From an uncultured Chloroflexia bacterium (lineage in GTDB: Bacteria; Chloroflexota; Limnocylindria; Limnocylindrales; CSP1-4): a stretch of DNA of 64,000 nucleotides. Location: assembly GCA_963752475.1 (NCBI GenBank), contig CAVVYR010000006.1, positions 704,001-768,000 on the forward strand, in the 5' to 3' direction. Shown here piece after piece: positions 59,782-64,000 of the stretch (position 1 is the first letter of the stretch; every line of letters begins with the position of its first letter). The notes below the pieces were generated by a model. The model worked only from the letters and a program-made list of their open reading frames with translations. It ran no database searches and had not been told where the DNA came from. A program made the translations under genes and the position numbers.

Positions 59782-61416
59782 CTATTCGTCGGTAGCGTCG
59801 AGCCGCTCGCGCTCGAAGATGATGAGGTTCTGGCGCGGGTTCTTGAAGAGCTTGAGGTCCTCTTCGCGGACGACGTAGCCATCTGCCTGCTCGAGCAGAT
59901 CGATGAACCGCCTCTGGTCCTTGCAGGCGTTGGTCTTGGCCTTGCTGCCACGGCAGCCCTTGCCCTCGACGTCGAGCTGGCCGATGTCGATGATCGAAGC
60001 CAGTGGCGTCTCGAAGAGACCGACGTACTCGTTCTCGTCGATGTTGTTGAAGACGCCGGTCTTGCCCTCCACGACACCGACGCGCGTAGCGTCGACGTCC
60101 TCGAAGGTGGCGGTGATGGGCGCATCGCCTGCCGGCTTGACCAGCTTCTTGCCCTTGCGCAGCTTGGACACCACCCAGGTCGTGCCGGTCAGCGGTGGCT
60201 GCGGCTCCAGTACCGCGCGGCTGACGCCATTGACGTCGGTGAGGGTCAGCTCCGAACCGCGAAGTGAGTAGGACGAGGTGTCTTCGAGGGCTTCGATGAA
60301 GCCGGTCTCGATGTCGCCGAGCCGAAGGCCGGTGCCGGTCTGACCTTCGCAGTTGTCCTCGAACGTGCCCACGAACTCGGGTTTGCCGATGGCCACGGCC
60401 AGGCCCGATCGGGTCGTCGAGCCGCGGAAGGGACGGCAGATGCTGCGACCCTCGTAGCGTCCGCCGATGAACTGCACCAGCGACGTCGACAGCTCGTTGC
60501 CCTGCCCGTAGGTCTGCTTACCGCTCTTGTCGAAGATGACCGTCGGAGTCCAGGTCTTGCCGGCGACATCGAGCTCGGGTTCCAGCGCCAAGCGCGTATT
60601 GCCCTCGGCGTCCTCGAGCGCGAGGCCAGCGGGGCGTACCTGGAAGTCGCTGATGTCGCCGAGGGTCACGAGGAACTTCTCGGCTTGCGTGCGCGCACCA
60701 TCGGTGCAGGTGCTCATGAGCCGATAGGCCACGTCGGTGATGTCCATACGGCCTTCGTTGGTCGCGTACTTGCCCAGGAAGGAGCCGCAGCCGGTGCTGC
60801 CTACCACGGAGCCGCCGGTAAGGAACTCCATCCACGGATTGAGCCCCGCGATGACCGGTTCGACCGAAGCATCCGCGCCTCCGATGCGGGCGAGGCTCCA
60901 GCGCGAGGCCGTGGGATCGTTGTCGACCTGGGCACGGGTGAAGACCATCAGCCGTTCGCCGATGGCATCCCGGACCACCAGCAGCGAGTCGGCGCGGGCG
61001 ATGGACTCGATGCGCTCGAGGTTGGCGTAGAACTGCTCATCGAAGGCGCGTGAGGCGGGGTCGCAATCGCGCCACTGCACCTGCCCCGGGTCGTTGGGGT
61101 CGACCGACACGAAGAGCAGGTCATTGGAGTTGGAGTAGATCGAGTCGTAGGTGCTGCAGGCGCCTTCGCCCGATGCCGCCCCGGAGAACAGCAGCATCGT
61201 CGCGCCCACACCGGCTGGAACGTCCTCGAGGATGCCGTCGGCGTCCGCCTGGGTCAGCAATTGCCACTCGGCGCGGATATCCGCAGGTGTGATGGTGTCA
61301 CGCTGGGCGGCCGCGGAGGCCGGAAGCAGCGCGCTCGCGGCGAGCAGCACCATCAAGATCGTCGTCAGTGGACGCGACGATATGGAGGGGATGGCAGGCG
61401 TGTGACGACGACTCAT
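59782..61416 (-). CDS. Secreted multi-META-domain (HslJ-like) protein
   Basis: Signal peptide; four repeats of W..., G..GC..F/Y, C, FL..L...L.L. Confidence 0.75.
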   Translation of the reverse strand: MSRRHTPAIPSISSRPLTTILMVLLAASALLPASAAAQRDTITPADIRAEWQLLTQADADGILEDVPAGVGATMLLFSGAASGEGACSTYDSIYSNSNDLLFVSVDPNDPGQVQWRDCDPASRAFDEQFYANLERIESIARADSLLVVRDAIGERLMVFTRAQVDNDPTASRWSLARIGGADASVEPVIAGLNPWMEFLTGGSVVGSTGCGSFLGKYATNEGRMDITDVAYRLMSTCTDGARTQAEKFLVTLGDISDFQVRPAGLALEDAEGNTRLALEPELDVAGKTWTPTVIFDKSGKQTYGQGNELSTSLVQFIGGRYEGRSICRPFRGSTTRSGLAVAIGKPEFVGTFEDNCEGQTGTGLRLGDIETGFIEALEDTSSYSLRGSELTLTDVNGVSRAVLEPQPPLTGTTWVVSKLRKGKKLVKPAGDAPITATFEDVDATRVGVVEGKTGVFNNIDENEYVGLFETPLASIIDIGQLDVEGKGCRGSKAKTNACKDQRRFIDLLEQADGYVVREEDLKLFKNPRQNLIIFERERLDATDE

Positions 61417-61618
61417 ACGACCTCGGTTGCGTGGCTGCGCCGGCGATGGTCTTTCAGCCGTCGGCGCGCTGGCGGCGTTTGGCCTGACAGCCTCCCACAT
61501 CTCGTGAGAATGCGGCGCAGGTGCTTGGCCGGCCTCTGTGGTTCGACTCCGTGCCGACATGGGACCGGAGGGTCACGTTCGCCGCGTCTTGCGGAGATTT
61601 GCTACAGTGAAGGACCTC

Positions 61619-61693
61619 GGGCCGCTAGCTCAACGGTAGAGCAAGTGACTCTTAATCACTAGGTTGAAGGTTCGAATCCTTCGCGGCTCACCA
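61619..61693 (+). tRNA. tRNA-Lys (CTT)
   Basis: GGGCCGC/GCGGCTC stem, AGTGA-CTCTTAA-TCACT, GGTTCGAATCC, CCA; downstream hairpin GACCCCTCCGG...CCGGAGGGGTC. Confidence 0.97.
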
Positions 61694-61853
61694 TCTCGCC
61701 AACAACGACCCCTCCGGGCTCTCCGGAGGGGTCCAGTGTCGTCTGGGCGTTGACGCTGCGCACCCACGCGAAGGTACTAGGCGTCACCCACCGTGTCGCA
61801 CAAGCGTCCTTCTCGCACCAGGGCCGCCACGGTGTCGACACGAGGGAATAGAA

Positions 61854-61889
61854 GAACCCCCGGACCGAAGGGAGTCGGCCCGGGGGTTC
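61854..61889 (-). terminator. Terminator for the small minus-strand gene
   Basis: GAACCCCCGG...CCGGGGGTTC followed by a T-rich tract on the minus strand. Confidence 0.6.
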
Positions 61890-61968
61890 AAAGCTGAGGC
61901 GAACGGTTCCGGCGGAGGAGGTGGAGGAAGACCGACCCCGCTCGCTCTCGAATGTGGTTGGGGCCTTC

Positions 61969-62244
61969 CTAGGCCGAGGGCGCCTCCATGATCATGCGAC
62001 GCGTGTGGCCGAGGGCCGTGACGCGGGCGAGGATGGCGGAGAGGCCGCTCTTCTCCTCGGCACGGCTGGAGCACTCGAGGACGATCGCATCGCCGTCCGC
62101 GATGGTGATCATGTGCCTGCCGCAGAGGCAGAAGGGGGCCTCGCGCTCAGCGTTCTCGATGAGTTCGAGGGCACGCTCGTTCTCGCGCTCGTTGATGAAG
62201 GGCGCCGGCTGTGCGGCGATCCCGGGCACCTGTGTGTGGGTCAT
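61969..62244 (-). CDS. Small Cys/His-containing hypothetical protein (91 aa)
   Basis: GGGAGG SD; CLCGRH...LECS...GH; own promoter TTGCAA-17-TACGAT. Confidence 0.75.
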   Translation of the reverse strand: MTHTQVPGIAAQPAPFINERENERALELIENAEREAPFCLCGRHMITIADGDAIVLECSSRAEEKSGLSAILARVTALGHTRRMIMEAPSA

Positions 62245-62312
62245 GGCTGCAACCTCCCGGTTGACTGACGAGGTTTGGGTCGTGTTCAGCGGCCCGAGCA
62301 CGGCTAGTGTTT

Positions 62313-62419
62313 CGAACCGGTCCGTATCGTACACCAGGTCGACAGACATTGCAATACGGTCCGTCTCGTTAGTTTGGGTTGCAGTCTGGTTGCAATCGAG
62401 ACGCATCGTCTCGTATACT
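62313..62419. promoter_or_regulatory. Divergent sigma70-type promoters with three TetR-type operators
   Basis: CGAACCG-GTC-CGTATCG (62313), CAATACG-GTC-CGTCTCG (62352), CGAGACG-CAT-CGTCTCG (62397); plus strand TTGCAA-18-TATACT; minus strand TTGCAA-17-TACGAT. Confidence 0.8.
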
Positions 62420-62427
62420 GTCGCCTC

Positions 62428-63129
62428 ATGAACGCTGAGGCAAAAGGCACAACGGCCTCGGAGGTCGATGCGTTGGACACGGCCATCGCACGCGAGACAC
62501 CATCGGATGCCGCCTCCAGGACCGCGGGAAAGATCGGCCGGCCTCGGAGCGATCGTGCCCACCGGGACATCCTCCAGGCCTTCCGGGAGCTGCTCATCTC
62601 CGACGGCTTCGACAAGGTGCGCATGGAGCACGTGGCGGCGCGGGCCAAGGTCTCCAAAGCCACCGTGTACCGACACTGGCCCAAGAAGCAGGATCTCGCG
62701 CTGGAGCTCCTGCTGGAGCTGGCCACCCCACACCTCGCCGTGCCCGACGTCGGCGACACGCGAACGGAACTCCTGGCCACGGTGCTTGGCCCCATGCGCG
62801 CCCTCACGGAGACGGACTACGGACCGGTGACGCGGGAGCTGCTCTCAGAGATCGCCCGCAACCCGGAGCTCGGCGATCCCTTCCGAGCCTCGGTCATCAC
62901 CATCCGCCGAGATGAGGTCGCGCGCGTGGTTGCTCGCGGTGTGCGGCGAGGCGACCTGCGCCCTGACGTGGATCCGACGGTGGCCACGGAGATGCTCGTC
63001 GGGCCGGTCTACTGGCGCCTGCTCTTCGGGGGTGAGTTGGACGCGCAGTTCGCCGAGGTCATCGTCGACGAAGTGCTGCAGGGTTGGTCGATGCGTGGTT
63101 GGGGCGAGGTCGCCACCAACTGGCTCTAG
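62428..63129 (+). CDS. TetR family transcriptional regulator
   Basis: GRPRS, MEHVAARAKVSKATVYRHWPKK, PDVGD, RGDLRPD, GPVYWRLL. Confidence 0.92.
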   Translation: MNAEAKGTTASEVDALDTAIARETPSDAASRTAGKIGRPRSDRAHRDILQAFRELLISDGFDKVRMEHVAARAKVSKATVYRHWPKKQDLALELLLELATPHLAVPDVGDTRTELLATVLGPMRALTETDYGPVTRELLSEIARNPELGDPFRASVITIRRDEVARVVARGVRRGDLRPDVDPTVATEMLVGPVYWRLLFGGELDAQFAEVIVDEVLQGWSMRGWGEVATNWL

Positions 63130-63149
63130 GCTCTAGGCGGAGGCAGACC

Positions 63150-63848
63150 CTAGTCACCCAGCGGTAGCGTCTCGAGCAGCACCAGGAACGGCCGGGTGTC
63201 CGCCGCCGGCTGTTGCCGTAGTCGCAGTCGCAACCAGGCGTCGCCTGCTTCTCCGGACCTCCAGTGCCCGTCGAGGCGTCGCGCCGACAAGGCGCCCATG
63301 CCCATCTCAGCCACCGCGCGCGCCATGGTCAGGCCTTCGCCCACCAGACCGGGCCCGACGACACAGTGGTCAGAGCCCGGGAAGATCGAGGCCAGGCGGC
63401 GCCGACGCTCGATGAAGGGCAGGCGTCCGAGTGATCGACCGTCGAGATAGGGCAGATCGGAGGCGACGAACGCGCCCTCGGCATAGACGTCCTCCAGACC
63501 GCCACCGCGTAGCTGCCGTCGCAACAGGGCATCGTCTGGCCGGCCCTCCTCGTCGAGCGCCAGCAGTGTGCCTTCGACGATCACGCCATCGGCCGGGATC
63601 GCGGCCAGGCTCGGGCGCAGCTCAGGGAAGATCGCCAGCGGGTCGCTGAGGTGTTCGGTGCGCAGCTCGAGCAGGCCGCCGCCGCGTCGCAGGAACGCGC
63701 GCGTGCCCGGCCACCACGGCTCGAAGAAGAAGGCGTCGTCATCGAAGGGTCGCCCGCCGTCGGTCGCCGTCGGGAAGCGCAGGCGTGCAGGCAGCGCCGG
63801 CGTCTCGCCACTGGCGTCATCGATCGGTAGGTGCAGCTGCTGGTTCAT
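63150..63848 (-). CDS. ATP-dependent DNA ligase adenylation-like domain, apparently catalytically inactive
   Basis: PFDD..F.FEP, FPEL, VEG, FVASDL...DG, PFIERRRRL, G...W.R; motif I reads WWPG instead of KxDG. Confidence 0.7.
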   Translation of the reverse strand: MNQQLHLPIDDASGETPALPARLRFPTATDGGRPFDDDAFFFEPWWPGTRAFLRRGGGLLELRTEHLSDPLAIFPELRPSLAAIPADGVIVEGTLLALDEEGRPDDALLRRQLRGGGLEDVYAEGAFVASDLPYLDGRSLGRLPFIERRRRLASIFPGSDHCVVGPGLVGEGLTMARAVAEMGMGALSARRLDGHWRSGEAGDAWLRLRLRQQPAADTRPFLVLLETLPLGD

Positions 63849-63897
63849 CTGATCGTTCCGCACCAGTCTGACACCGATACCGGGGCCAGACGCGGGG

Positions 63898-64000
63898 TCA
63901 GGCCGTCTTGCGTTTCCGTGCGGTCGACGACTTCGAGGCGGCCTTGCTCGAGCGCTTGGACTTGGTGGAGCTCGACTTCGAGGCTGAGGCCTTCGTTGGC
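63898..64000 (-). CDS. 3' end of a gene with a basic low-complexity tail, probably Ku (partial)
   Basis: Reads PTKASASKSSSTKSKRSSKAASKSSTARKRKTA*; lies directly upstream of the ligase-like gene. Confidence 0.5.
   Translation of the reverse strand, partial: PTKASASKSSSTKSKRSSKAASKSSTARKRKTA

Noticed and set aside
61693-61960. Integrated element at tRNA-Lys
   Set aside because: No duplicated tRNA 3' end and no integrase were seen; the region is explained by two terminators.

Overview
High-GC bacterial chromosomal window. Gene content and style (pervasive leaderless promoters, an LPPTD-type sorting tail, several F420-type enzymes) suggest Chloroflexota, possibly Limnocylindria-like; this is inference. 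It contains a hydantoinase plus peptide ABC operon, three tRNAs (His-GTG, Arg-TCG, Lys-CTT), bioY, other ABC systems, an ssnA/ygfK-like purine-catabolism pair, aroF, pgm, a very large repeat-rich surface protein, and an NHEJ-type end (probable Ku tail plus a ligase-like domain lacking the catalytic lysine). The most striking feature is a five-member paralog family of secreted RTX-repeat/Ca-binding proteins next to tRNA-His and tRNA-Arg. They are mosaics of shared modules with a hypervariable segment. Four copies carry a conserved 5' leader (a closing stem over or next to the SD that keeps its pairing despite different sequence, plus an internal GCGACRCAG motif) and a related terminator. This looks like a diversifying cassette family with a candidate new cis-regulatory RNA. 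Clustered 1-bp indels (about 21.3, 27.8-32.1, 41.7-46.2 and 51.8-53.5 kb) look like sequencing or assembly errors rather than biology.
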